From the NCBI GenBank assembly GCA_049521795.1, contig JBEKOM010000002.1:128001-192000 (forward strand): 64,000 nt of DNA. The letters run 5' to 3'. The stretch's first letter is position 1; each line of letters begins with the position of its first letter. The notes under the pieces were generated by a model, which was given only the letters and a program-made list of their open reading frames with translations, was not told the origin of the DNA and ran no database searches. A program made the position numbers and the translations under genes. Below, piece by piece: positions 10,039 through 20,297 of this stretch. This stretch comes from Candidatus Bathyarchaeia archaeon (GTDB taxonomy: Archaea; Thermoproteota; Bathyarchaeia; Bathyarchaeales; Bathycorpusculaceae).

Positions 10039-10093
10039 CCGCAGACCAGCTACATTCATTCATTCAGTAGCCGACTGCGTGCAGCACGCGCCA
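9940..10093 (+). repeat. Dockerin + 3'UTR repeat, copy 2
   Basis: See 8470-8620. Confidence 0.9.
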
Positions 10094-10188
10094 ATCGATA
10101 ACCGTCCAAAATTGCGCGATTTGTAATTCAAAAAGGTTATATTCGGCCGAGACTATTCTGCTGTGTTTCGGGTGCCATGTGATGCAAG

Positions 10189-13100
10189 GTGACCGCCAAA
10201 TTCAAGACTGATTCTGAAAAAGGCCTCACCGTGGAGTATCACCCGCTTGAACTTGAAGAAGAAATACGTCGATTCTGGGAAGAAAATCACACGCAGCAGA
10301 GGCTAATGGAAGCCAAGGAGAAAAGCAACAAGGGCCTCCTAGGCTATGTTGAAGGACCTCCAACGCTTAACGGCGTGCCACACGTTGGCCATGCAAGAGG
10401 CAGAGTGATGAAGGACTTGCGTTACCGATGGAAGACTATGCAGGGCTACTGTGTGCCGTTCTGGGGAGGATGGGACTGTCAAGGGCTGCCGGTTGAATTG
10501 GAAGTTGAGAAACAGCTCGGCGTTAAGAACAAGCGGGAGCTTCTTGGCAGAGTCGGTGAGGAACATTTCATACAAGAGTGTAAAAAAGCCATAATGAAGT
10601 ATCAGAAAGCATGGGTGGAAGCTGACCGCACACTCGGCATCTTCATGGACCACACTAGAGCATACTGGACGTACTTGGACAGCTACATCGAGAGGGAATG
10701 GCAATACCTCAAACATGCCTGGGACCAAGGCTTACTCGAAGAAGGACATTACGTTGTGGCCTACTGCCCCGGATGCCAAACAAGTCTAAGCAACGCGGAA
10801 GTGGGCTACGAAGGCACGTACCAGCTCGTAGAAGACCCAAGCCTCTACTTCAAGTTCAAAGTCGCTGACAAATTGAATGAGTACTTTCTTGTTTGGACCA
10901 CGATGCCGTTCACGCTTATCACTGACACGATGCTTGCTGTTAGACCGGAAGCCGAGTACGCAAGAGTGCAAGTTGGCGATGAAGTGTGGATTCTCGCGAA
11001 ACAACGCGTTGAACCAATCATGAAAGAACTCGGCATAGAAAAGTACACGGCACTGGCAACTGTTACCGGCAAAAGCCTCGAAAACACGAAATACGAATAC
11101 CCCTTTAAGGACATGGTCCCTAGACAAGTGGAGCTGGAAAAGAGTAACCCATCAGTGCACAAAGTTGTGTGCGAGGACTTCGTGGACGTGGAAACTGCAA
11201 CGGGCGTGGTTCATCTCTCTCCCGGAAACGGCGAGGAAGACTTCTTCGCTGCACAGAGGCGCGGAGTGCCAATATTCGCACCCTTCGATGACGAAGTCAA
11301 GTTCACAGGTGAAGGGGGAAAATTCTGCGGCAAGTTCGCAAGAGACACCGACAGCATGGTCGTCGAAGAACTTCGAACAAGAGGATTGCTCGTCGAAGTA
11401 AAACCCGTGAAACACGAATACCCAACATGCTGGCGTTCGCACCACAAGTTGGTCTGGCTTGCAAGAAAAGAATACTTCCTGAGGACGGACAAGATAAACG
11501 GCAAGGTCTTAGAAGCCGCAGAAAAAGTATCCTACTTCTACGATGAAACCAAGAACAGGTTCATCAGCTTCCTGAAAGAAGGCAAACCCTGGTGCGTATC
11601 CCGAGAGCGGGTCTGGGGAGCACCTCTGCCAGTTTGGAAATGCAGAGAATGCGGGGAAAAGACCATAGTATCGAGCAAGAAAGAGCTTCTCGAAAGGGCC
11701 GTTGAAAAGCCGCGAGGAGAATTTGAGCTGCACAAGCCATGGGTCGACCGAATAACATTCAAGTGCCAAAAGTGCGGGGGCACCATGCAAAGAGAAGACT
11801 TCGTGCTCGACACGTGGCACAACAGTGGCGCTTCACCGTTCGCAAGGTTTACTGACGAAGAATTCTCGAAATACGTTCCAGTTGACTTCCTCACAGAAGC
11901 AGTCGACCAAACCCGCGGATGGGCAAATTCGCTCCTGCTGGAGTACGTCATACTCACTGGAAAGGCTGAAGCGCCCTATAGGGCGTTCCTGTTTCAAGGA
12001 CTAGTGAATGACGCAAAAGGCAGGAAGATGAGTAAGAGCCTCGGAAACGTCATCGAAGCCAACAAGCTGCTGGAGAAGTATTCAGCAGACATATTCCGGT
12101 TCCACAGCTTGCGCAAGTGTTCGCCGATCGACTTCATCAGCTTTGACCCGAACGAGCTGGGCCGAAGAACCTATCAAATCCTCTCCACGCTGTACCATCT
12201 CAACAGGTTCTTCTTGCAGAACGCGGAGTTCGACAACTTCAACCCTCAGAAACACACTCTACAATGGGCAAGAAAAGGGAAAAAGCTGAGGAACCCAGAC
12301 CTCTGGATACTTTCAAAGCTTCAAGAAACGATAGACACCTACACGGCCAAGCTGGAAACGTGCGAATTCAACCTCGCACTTGCTGTCCTGGAAGACTTCG
12401 CCCTAGAAAGCCTGAGCAGGCTTTACGTGCCCATGGTCCGCAAAGAACTGTGGACCGACGACCCAGAAACTCTCGACCGGAGGCTAGCAGTGTACGCAAC
12501 TCTGTGGCACGCTCTGAGGACCATGAACCTCTTATTCAACCCAGTGACGCCTTATCTCAGCGAAGCCTTGCACCAGAAAGTCTACAGAAAACTGGACCCT
12601 GAGCTACCAGAATCAGTGAACTTTGAAAGCTGGCCACAGTTAGACAAGAAACTGCGAAACAAGAAGCTGGAGGAAGACTTCCAGACGCTGTTCAAATGCG
12701 TTTCACTTGTCTACTCTGCAAGACAGAGCGCTGGAGTGAAAAGAAGATGGCCCTTAAGCAAGCTGGTCGTGGTCGCCCCAGAGAAAGTGAGTGCCGCCCT
12801 GAAGAGCGTTGAAGATTTATTCCTCGAACTTGCAAACGTCAAAGTCGCAGATTATGCAACTGGAAAAGCTTCACAGTACGCAAGTTCAGAAGGATGGGTG
12901 TCCGCGTCTGACGGCGACGTTCAGATCTTCTTGGACGTTCATCGTGACGAACAGCTGCTCGGCGCGGGTCTAATGCGTGACCTCGCTCGAAGGGTCCAAG
13001 CCTTGAGAAAGGAGCTTGGCTACGTGCCAACGGATATCATGGAGGCGGTCTACATATCAGAACTCGACGACGAAAGCATCAGGCTGTTAAAGCCGCACCT

Positions 13101-13248
13101 GCCTCAGATGAAAGAACTTGTCCGCGCAAAAACCGTGCATCTACAAGGCAGCCGCGCAGAAAGAGAGATGAAGTGGCACGAGTCGCAACTGGACGAAAAA
13201 AAAGTCTCGATCGCAATCTCTCCAGGAACAGCGAAGCAATCATCGTAG
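10189..13248 (+). CDS. ileS: Isoleucyl-tRNA synthetase
   Basis: EGPPTLNGVPHVGH (HIGH), GWDCQGLP, WTT.P, GVVHLSPG, DQTRGW, KMSKS. Confidence 0.97.
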   Translation: MTAKFKTDSEKGLTVEYHPLELEEEIRRFWEENHTQQRLMEAKEKSNKGLLGYVEGPPTLNGVPHVGHARGRVMKDLRYRWKTMQGYCVPFWGGWDCQGLPVELEVEKQLGVKNKRELLGRVGEEHFIQECKKAIMKYQKAWVEADRTLGIFMDHTRAYWTYLDSYIEREWQYLKHAWDQGLLEEGHYVVAYCPGCQTSLSNAEVGYEGTYQLVEDPSLYFKFKVADKLNEYFLVWTTMPFTLITDTMLAVRPEAEYARVQVGDEVWILAKQRVEPIMKELGIEKYTALATVTGKSLENTKYEYPFKDMVPRQVELEKSNPSVHKVVCEDFVDVETATGVVHLSPGNGEEDFFAAQRRGVPIFAPFDDEVKFTGEGGKFCGKFARDTDSMVVEELRTRGLLVEVKPVKHEYPTCWRSHHKLVWLARKEYFLRTDKINGKVLEAAEKVSYFYDETKNRFISFLKEGKPWCVSRERVWGAPLPVWKCRECGEKTIVSSKKELLERAVEKPRGEFELHKPWVDRITFKCQKCGGTMQREDFVLDTWHNSGASPFARFTDEEFSKYVPVDFLTEAVDQTRGWANSLLLEYVILTGKAEAPYRAFLFQGLVNDAKGRKMSKSLGNVIEANKLLEKYSADIFRFHSLRKCSPIDFISFDPNELGRRTYQILSTLYHLNRFFLQNAEFDNFNPQKHTLQWARKGKKLRNPDLWILSKLQETIDTYTAKLETCEFNLALAVLEDFALESLSRLYVPMVRKELWTDDPETLDRRLAVYATLWHALRTMNLLFNPVTPYLSEALHQKVYRKLDPELPESVNFESWPQLDKKLRNKKLEEDFQTLFKCVSLVYSARQSAGVKRRWPLSKLVVVAPEKVSAALKSVEDLFLELANVKVADYATGKASQYASSEGWVSASDGDVQIFLDVHRDEQLLGAGLMRDLARRVQALRKELGYVPTDIMEAVYISELDDESIRLLKPHLPQMKELVRAKTVHLQGSRAEREMKWHESQLDEKKVSIAISPGTAKQSS

Positions 13249-13307
13249 CGCTATCCGTATTGGGAAGTGTGACAACAGACTAGACATCCAAGATCAAGCT
13301 TGAAAGG

Positions 13308-13799
13308 ATGACTTTCAACAAACTGAGAGAGATGGTGAATTTGGAGAATATCGTTGCAGTCGTACAAGGGTTGAAGGGAAGAACAACCGACATCATTTAC
13401 GACCTGTTCTTTGCTGAAAAAAGAGTAGTTGCTGCTGTCGTACTCTACTTTTCTGACCTGACTGACATCTATGGGAAGATTAGTATAATGACTTTATTGT
13501 TTGGTAACTTTTCTCAGCACGGTGAAGTCAAGATGCGATCTGCGAGGCTGATGAATGAAAGAAGGCTGGCCTTCAAGGACAAGACCCTCGACGAGATCTT
13601 AGCCTTGCACAGAGCGAGCATGGAAATAGGCTACGACACCGTCGTTTCTGTTACCGTCAAGAAAGGGCTTATGCAAACGTCTTTGGAGTTTGTAATCCAA
13701 GGACCTCCCGAAAAGAAGATAGACTTTCGGTTGGAAGAAAGCCAAATAAGCGAAGTTGAAGAACTGATAAAAAAAGTTCTACCGAACAAGATAAAATGA
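13308..13799 (+). CDS. Hypothetical protein (possible PH-like fold)
   Basis: 163-aa ORF; start uncertain. Confidence 0.7.
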   Translation: MTFNKLREMVNLENIVAVVQGLKGRTTDIIYDLFFAEKRVVAAVVLYFSDLTDIYGKISIMTLLFGNFSQHGEVKMRSARLMNERRLAFKDKTLDEILALHRASMEIGYDTVVSVTVKKGLMQTSLEFVIQGPPEKKIDFRLEESQISEVEELIKKVLPNKIK

Positions 13800-14010
13800 A
13801 AGGCTATTTCAGAGAGAAGAACTGGATCAAATATCTCTTGGAACATTTGAGGCATCGCACATCAGGCGCTGGTTTGTTTCAAAATCAAAGTAGTGTTCCA
13901 ACGCAAATCGTGCTGTTCATCCTAGACGTGATTTCTAATGCTCGATCACCAACAAAATGAGACCGAAAGCTATATCTTTTCTTAATCGACGTTCCTTCCG
14001 AAAGAAAGTG

Positions 14011-14085
14011 GGGCCGGTAGTTCAGCCTGGTATGAACGCCGCATTCGCAATGCGGAAGTCGTGGGTTCAAATCCCGCCCGGTCCA
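14011..14085 (+). tRNA. tRNA-Ala(CGC)
   Basis: Cloverleaf GGGCCGG/CCGGTCC with G3:U70; anticodon arm CCGCA-TTCGCAA-TGCGG; GTTCAAATC T-loop. Confidence 0.96.
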
Positions 14086-14124
14086 TTATCGGACTTGAAG
14101 CGCGCCCTAAATGACTCGCGCTGT

Positions 14125-15066
14125 TCACTTTTGTGCTCTGCTTCGCCTAACGTAGGCGGAGGCTTTCATGGCTGCCATCGCTCCCTCACCAGCCGCTGTA
14201 ACAACCTGCATTCCACCGCACGTGCAGTCTCCCGCCGCGAACACCCCTTCAACACTCGTTCTCTGCAGACGATCCACGATCAGGTAGCCATTCTTGTCAG
14301 TTTCTATTCCAGCCTTTCTCACTATCTCAGTCATCGGGACACCGCCCAAAGCAACGAACACCCCTCTCACTTCTTTCTCAACCTCTCGTCGCGCATCATG
14401 TTCAAGGATTCTTATTGACTTCACAACCTGCTCCCCGAGGATTGCGACAAGCTGTCCCTCAATGACCTCCACGTTAGGCTTGTCCTGAAACTTTTCCTTC
14501 AATTTGCCCTTAAGCTCCGAGTCTTTCTCATGCGTCACCACAGTCACGCTCTTCGCCAAGCCAGCAAGAAACAAAGCATCCGTCACTGCTTCTGGACCTC
14601 CGCCAACAACCGCAACTGCCGCATTCCTAAAAAACGGGCCATCACACACAGCACAGTAGCTAACCCCCCTACCAAGAAACTCCGCGTCCCCAGGAACCAG
14701 CAGTTTTCTTCTTTGCGTTCCCGTCGAGATGATCAAGGCTAACGCCGAATAAGTCCCTTCTCGCGTAGTCACTCTTTTGACCCTGCCATCGACATCCAGA
14801 CCGATAACATCTGTTGCATTCTCTATCCTTGCACCAAGACGCGTTGCCTGTCTACTCATCTTCGCAGCCAATTCGCTTCCCGTTATCCCCTCCTCAAACC
14901 CAGGAAAGTTCTCTATCCTCGCAGCTTGCAAAGCTCTCCCCCCGGCAGCACCCACTTCCAAAACCAAAGTTCTCAACCCAAGCCAAGAAGAATAAATCCC
15001 AGCAGTCAAGCCAGCCGGCCCAGCACCGATGACTATAATGTCGCAATTCTCGTCTTCTTCGCTCAT
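14125..15066 (-). CDS. trxB: Thioredoxin reductase
   Basis: GAGPAG FAD motif, GVSYCAVCDG, GVFAAGD. Confidence 0.93.
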   Translation of the reverse strand: MSEEDENCDIIVIGAGPAGLTAGIYSSWLGLRTLVLEVGAAGGRALQAARIENFPGFEEGITGSELAAKMSRQATRLGARIENATDVIGLDVDGRVKRVTTREGTYSALALIISTGTQRRKLLVPGDAEFLGRGVSYCAVCDGPFFRNAAVAVVGGGPEAVTDALFLAGLAKSVTVVTHEKDSELKGKLKEKFQDKPNVEVIEGQLVAILGEQVVKSIRILEHDARREVEKEVRGVFVALGGVPMTEIVRKAGIETDKNGYLIVDRLQRTSVEGVFAAGDCTCGGMQVVTAAGEGAMAAMKASAYVRRSRAQK

Positions 15067-15449
15067 CCTTGTAGTCCCCTAAATCGCGAGAACAGCAATA
15101 TTAACCATTAGAAATCTTGCCACTCCGCTAATATTCTTTTGGGCGCGTGCTGTCTTTGCAAGATTTTACCCAAGAATTGATGTGCGCTGCGTACGCATGA
15201 CCTCAGGATATCGCACAATGAAAGTATTTCGCTTGGCACTCGACTTCAAAGCCGATGTTCATGGAGAAGATGTTACAGACTGATTTTCTGTATATAATAT
15301 GAGGAAGAGCAAAGGAGTAAGACTGCTATTTCTTAGTCTCATTTTGTTGTGTGACTTCTGCAAGGCTAACGCGAGGAGTTCAGGCAGAATCGTTCGTACG
15401 GACCGACCGATCATCATGAACCTGATGCAGCGGAAAAATAGTTATTTTA

Positions 15450-15608
15450 CTATTGGTTGACCGAAGTGAAAAAAGTAAAGAAAGGAAAATTGTTGAGGCA
15501 AAGCAGGATAAATGAGACAAACCAGGTGTTGTATGAGCATTGGTTCCAGCAGTAGCTGCCGCCCTTGGAAACACAGTTCTTGCATTCGGGTCTATCAAAA
15601 AACTTCAT
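15450..15608 (-). CDS. Possible small Cys-rich protein (52 aa)
   Basis: MKFFDRPECKNCVSKGGSYCWNQCSYNTW...; below the ORF-track cutoff. Confidence 0.35.
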   Translation of the reverse strand: MKFFDRPECKNCVSKGGSYCWNQCSYNTWFVSFILLCLNNFPFFTFFTSVNQ

Positions 15609-16007
15609 TATTCCAAACTGCCCCCATTATTCTAACCGTTAAACTTCCATTTTTACTTTATGGTGTTGTCATTTGGCCCAATGTTGAAACGGCAGCAGTG
15701 TGCAAGAACCAAGACAACGCCAATAGTGGTGTCTAGTAAGTTATCTTAGGCAGCAATGTTCTTTTTCAAGCGTGTCTTCTTCTATCTTGAAGGTTTCAAG
15801 CTCGTCCTTCTTGAGTATGGCCTTCAGTTCTTAGCGCCCTACTGGGAACCGTCCAGCCCGCGTTTCTTATCTCGAAGATCTGGCCTAGACGATCAGTTCC
15901 TTCTCCGCTTCATGCTTGCAGAGCACTAGGGATCTGTAGGTAAGATTTTTAAGACTGGGGCAGACTGAGTTGCCTTCATCAGAAGCGAAAATCAGGAGTG
16001 ATTAGGC

Positions 16008-17036
16008 GTGTCGGCGACGGTAGATGGAACCACAACGTCTTCTGTCATTGTGAAGGTTGAGAACCTCTCGAAGACCTTTGGCAAGTTGAAGGCCGTCGAC
16101 AACGTAAGCTTCGAAATCAAAGAAGGGGAGATCTTCGGTTTCGTCGGCCCCAACGGTGCGGGCAAGACCACGACTATCAATATGCTCACGACCCTGCTCA
16201 AGCCTACATCGGGGAACGCGGTGGTTTGCGGCTACGACATATTCAAGCAGCCGAACGAAGTGCGAAGAAATGTCGGGGTTGTGCCTCAGGAGTACACAGC
16301 TGACGAGGACATGACTGGAATCAACAACGTCCTTCTCTGCGCCGATCTTTACGGCATACCGAGAAGTGATTCTAAGCCCCACGCAGAAGAGCTGCTCAAG
16401 CTGGTAGAGCTTCAAGAAGCCGCAAAAAGGAAGGTAAGCACCTACTCCGGAGGAATGCGCAGGAGACTGGAGCTCGCCTGCGGCTTGATCAATTATCCGA
16501 AACTGCTGTTTCTGGATGAACCTACGCTAGGGCTTGACGTTCAAACGCGCACCGTGGTCTGGAAGTACATCAAAATGTTAAAAACCGAATATCACATGAC
16601 TCTTTTCCTAACCACCCACTACCTCGAAGAAGCTGACACGCTCTGCGAAAGAATCGCCATAATCGATCACGGCGAAATCATAAAAATCGGCTCACCCGAA
16701 GAGCTGAAGGAAAGCATTGGCGGAGACGTCATTGTGGTCACGCTCAAGGAGACAGAGCCGGACATCTCATCCGATATTGCTGGTATCAAACTGGTGAGCG
16801 ACGTTCAGAAGAACAACAACAATTATCGCATCAAAGTGCAGCTCGGAGAGGAGGCTTCCCCGCAAATTACAGACCTGATTCGATCCAAAGGACTTCACGT
16901 TACGAAAATCTCGTTGACAAAGCCAACCTTAGACGAAGCATACTTGGAATTCACCGGTCGCAACCTGAGAGAAGAAGAAGCTGACAGAATGCAGATGTTT
17001 AAACAACGCGTGACGGTGATGAGAGCAAGATCCTAG
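16008..17036 (+). CDS. ABC-2 exporter ATP-binding subunit (DrrA-like)
   Basis: GPNGAGKTT, YSGGM, LFLDEPT. Confidence 0.95.
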   Translation: MSATVDGTTTSSVIVKVENLSKTFGKLKAVDNVSFEIKEGEIFGFVGPNGAGKTTTINMLTTLLKPTSGNAVVCGYDIFKQPNEVRRNVGVVPQEYTADEDMTGINNVLLCADLYGIPRSDSKPHAEELLKLVELQEAAKRKVSTYSGGMRRRLELACGLINYPKLLFLDEPTLGLDVQTRTVVWKYIKMLKTEYHMTLFLTTHYLEEADTLCERIAIIDHGEIIKIGSPEELKESIGGDVIVVTLKETEPDISSDIAGIKLVSDVQKNNNNYRIKVQLGEEASPQITDLIRSKGLHVTKISLTKPTLDEAYLEFTGRNLREEEADRMQMFKQRVTVMRARS

Positions 17037-17038
17037 CG

Positions 17039-17974
17039 ATGAGAGACATGGAAAAAATCAAATCGCCAAAAAGTAAAGAAGCAGTGCGAGAAGAACAGTC
17101 CAAAGTGGCTTCTACAGAAAATCAGAAGATTGTCAGAGCTGCCCCTAAACTGAGCAGGAGTCCCCTGCATGGATTATGGGCATTGACGAACAGAGACTTG
17201 AGAAAGTGGTACACAAACCCAATCCAGCTATTCACATCGTTAATCCAGCCTGTGGTCTGGCTCGCGCTGTTCGGCAAAGCCCTAAACTTTGGAACATTCA
17301 TTTCTGGATCAGGAGCTACGCTGGCCCAGCAAAACGCAATTCTGTTGAACTATTTTGGCACAACTAGCTACTTTTCATTCTTAGGTTGTGGAATGCTTGC
17401 CTTCGTCGTCCTGTTCACTTCCGCGTTCAGCGGAATGTCAGTCGTGTTTGACCGCAGGTTCGGTTTCCTGAACAAGGCCCTTAGCACGCCTGTGGCGCGA
17501 GGAGCGATCGTGATGGGAAAAGTCCTCCAAAGTGTCGGCAGGTCACTGATTCAATCCGCCATAGTCTTGGCGATCGCAGTAGTACTCGGGATGGAGACCG
17601 CTCATTTCACCGTCGCCGGCGTTGCAGGCGCATTCGTCATCATCTTCCTCATGGCCACGGGGCTGTCTGCTTTATTCACCATGCTCGCGTTGAGATCAAG
17701 TGATTGGCAGACGCAAGTGGCCATCATAAACCTGATAAACCTGCCACTGCTGTTCGCTAGCAACGCACTGTTCCCAGTAGCGATCATGCCGACTTGGCTT
17801 CAAGACATCGTGAAAGTCAACCCGGTCAGTTACGCTAATGATGGAGTAAGACAATTGCTGATAGGCGCAACGGGTATGAGCAGTCTTCTAGTAGACTTTG
17901 CGGTCTTGATCGGATTCGCCTTTGTGTTATCTGCAATTGGAATCGTCCTTTCTTGGAGACTCCTCTCCAAGTAG
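17039..17974 (+). CDS. ABC-2 type permease
   Basis: 6 TM segments; NPVSY motif; adjacent to ATPase. Confidence 0.92.
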   Translation: MRDMEKIKSPKSKEAVREEQSKVASTENQKIVRAAPKLSRSPLHGLWALTNRDLRKWYTNPIQLFTSLIQPVVWLALFGKALNFGTFISGSGATLAQQNAILLNYFGTTSYFSFLGCGMLAFVVLFTSAFSGMSVVFDRRFGFLNKALSTPVARGAIVMGKVLQSVGRSLIQSAIVLAIAVVLGMETAHFTVAGVAGAFVIIFLMATGLSALFTMLALRSSDWQTQVAIINLINLPLLFASNALFPVAIMPTWLQDIVKVNPVSYANDGVRQLLIGATGMSSLLVDFAVLIGFAFVLSAIGIVLSWRLLSK

Positions 17975-18044
17975 CACCAGCGCAGGAGCGCTCTCAAATA
18001 GGAGCTGTAACAACAAGCTTAATGATAGGAGTATCAGCAGAGCG

Positions 18045-18632
18045 TTACTGCGGTTTCTGCTCGGTTGTTTGTTTCTCTGGTTGCGCGATCAGAGCGCCGC
18101 CGAATCCGGCTCCCCACATGAGAATTGGATAAAGAATCATGCGTTCCATTCCGCCTGCCCCTAGTCCCAGGTAGTTGTTGCTCGCGAAGAGAACCAATGC
18201 TCCAAGCGACATCAACCCCAGTATCACAGCTATAACAGAGAACGGCTTTCTTACCAACTTGAACGAGAATATGGCTGAAAGTCCGCCGAACAGAAAAGCT
18301 ATCAACGATACAACAGGGTGAAATGCACCACTGTTTTCTGTGAAAACGCCGACGCCCATGGCTCCGACGGCCGCCAGGACCAGCAGCACCGTCAAAGCCT
18401 TGAAGTTGAAGGCGCGTTGAAGAAAGTATGTTCCGATGATCAATAACAGCCCCATGAGGAAGACAGATGCGTTGAAGATCATCGAGGAAGGCCCTACTCC
18501 GAGATCGCTTATGTAATTGTCAGACACGCTGTAACCTGAATACAAGGCTTCCGCAACGATCAGACCTAGGACGAACTGAGAAGCTGCAAAGAAAATGAGC
18601 GTTCCTGCCACTTTTCCACTGGAATATGCCAT
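18045..18632 (-). CDS. DUF998 family membrane protein
   Basis: YSVSDNYISDLG, GVGVF, GGMER motifs; start reassigned to ATG 18632. Confidence 0.85.
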   Translation of the reverse strand: MAYSSGKVAGTLIFFAASQFVLGLIVAEALYSGYSVSDNYISDLGVGPSSMIFNASVFLMGLLLIIGTYFLQRAFNFKALTVLLVLAAVGAMGVGVFTENSGAFHPVVSLIAFLFGGLSAIFSFKLVRKPFSVIAVILGLMSLGALVLFASNNYLGLGAGGMERMILYPILMWGAGFGGALIAQPEKQTTEQKPQ

Positions 18633-18973
18633 ACTGTGTGGTATTGCATCTGAAACGGATAAGATTTGCGCGCGCGCTACGACGCGTGCGGACTGTGAGG
18701 GTGGCGACGTGAAACATGATTGTTTCTCCCATCTCCCCCTTTCCGAGGTGAGTATGGTGCCGCCAACGAGATGAAGAGTCCGCACGCGCCACTTAAACCA
18801 TGGACGACACCGAAAATACGCTTTCTGGAACAAGCCTATAGAAGAATCTTCTAGAACTGAAACCCACATAGCTTAGCGCGCGCTCTATCTAGATCTGTTG
18901 CGGCAATCAATTCTTGGGACAAATCAGCGCAGCCGTGGCAGGGAACATTCGTGAACTGAGGAAGAAAGAAAAG

Positions 18974-19414
18974 TCATTCGTCAGGCAAGGGCACGATAGG
19001 CAGTCTATTTTCTTTCGGTGAGTATGTCGGAATATACGCGTAGGGTTCCTCTCCGCCTGAGTAAACCCGTCCGTCAGGAGGAAGCACGTTCACACTTGTG
19101 GGATCGTTTCCTGAAGTCTGGGACGTGTTCTGGCCGTTTGGTGTTCCGACGGGAACGCCGTTAGGAACAGCCTCATTCGTGCTCTTCGAGTTTCCTTCAG
19201 GCAAATTTTCACCTCCTCTTTGTCCCCCACTAGAACTAGTGTCCGCATTTTCCTTGCTAGGCGAGGCATTGCAGCTTACAGTCTCGTTCGGCTGATTACT
19301 AGTCTCTATAGGTTTTTCCTCGGACGTTTGTTTGATGTTTGCAGTTAGGCACGTTGAACTCGCAACGAGTAGAACTGTCACAAGCATTGGGACAAGAACC
19401 GCTAATATTCTCAT
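18974..19414 (-). CDS. Secreted low-complexity protein
   Basis: Signal-like N-terminus, S/N/G/P-rich. Confidence 0.6.
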   Translation of the reverse strand: MRILAVLVPMLVTVLLVASSTCLTANIKQTSEEKPIETSNQPNETVSCNASPSKENADTSSSGGQRGGENLPEGNSKSTNEAVPNGVPVGTPNGQNTSQTSGNDPTSVNVLPPDGRVYSGGEEPYAYIPTYSPKENRLPIVPLPDE

Positions 19415-19483
19415 CGTGTTCTTCTCATGTATAGACGGAGCGTTCTCTCTAGAAAAAGATTGCGCCGGTTTTGATGTTACGAG

Positions 19484-20095
19484 TCAGCTGCGCTTTCTAG
19501 GTCTGTGCTGAGGGTAAAAGAATGCAGAGACTATTGCTCCGAAGACAGCTGTTCCTAAACCTACGTACGCGAAATTTGAGCCTATAAGGGCTGCTTGGTA
19601 TGGGACTCCGTATGTCTGGATTTCGGTCCAGGCTTTGGTCACGTTTGCCATGATCTGAACGGGGGAATCAGAGGATGCATTTCGAGCGAGAAATATGAGG
19701 TAGTAGCTTCCAGGTTGTGCTAATCTGACTGTTGGGCTCCATGTCGTGTTGACAGAATTAGTATCTTCCAGAGATAGGTAGGTTACGTCTGGTTGATCTG
19801 GCTGGATCACGTGAGTTGAGTCTGTGAAGTTGGCTATTGAGAAGTTGAAATTTCCGTCGCCTGCTGCAAGAATGTTCAGTTTCTGACCAATACTAATTTG
19901 AAATTGCACCATTTTGTCTTGTGATTCGTGTATTTCGAAGGAATTGTCCATGACGATTTGGGACTTTGGAACTTGCTGGATCTCGTCTCGCGCAAAGGTG
20001 AAAACAGGTCTTGAACAAATAGCTAAGGCAGCTCCCACAAAAATCAACGTAAGTCCAGCCAGAAATGCTTGCGAGCGCACTTTCTTACGGACCAT
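19484..20095 (-). CDS. Membrane-anchored protein with extracellular beta-sandwich (GOLD-like)
   Basis: N- and C-terminal TM helices; GSYYLIF; start uncertain (20095 or 20161). Confidence 0.7.
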   Translation of the reverse strand: MVRKKVRSQAFLAGLTLIFVGAALAICSRPVFTFARDEIQQVPKSQIVMDNSFEIHESQDKMVQFQISIGQKLNILAAGDGNFNFSIANFTDSTHVIQPDQPDVTYLSLEDTNSVNTTWSPTVRLAQPGSYYLIFLARNASSDSPVQIMANVTKAWTEIQTYGVPYQAALIGSNFAYVGLGTAVFGAIVSAFFYPQHRPRKRS

Positions 20096-20297
20096 ACCAC
20101 AAAACCACTTTGAGTCCTCTTCAATGAATTGATAAGATATGGGATCCCGAAAAATAAACATGTTTGTTTCATGGCGACTTTTCTCTAGCTAATAGAAGCC
20201 AAACATGCCTACAAATCTTATAGAAGAAGGTTCCACAAAATTCAAGTGTCAAGAAGTCCTATGACTATATGCCTAAATAAAATAGGAGAAGGGAAAA

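Noticed and set aside
8470-10093. Diversity-generating retroelement TR/VR pair
   Set aside because: Mismatches are not restricted to adenines, both copies are coding, and there is no reverse transcriptase in the window
13957-14418. 153-aa plus-strand ORF
   Set aside because: Overlaps tRNA-Ala and is antisense to trxB
18633-18869. N-terminal extension of the DUF998 ORF
   Set aside because: Not protein-like and crosses a (CG)5 tract; family similarity starts at ATG 18632
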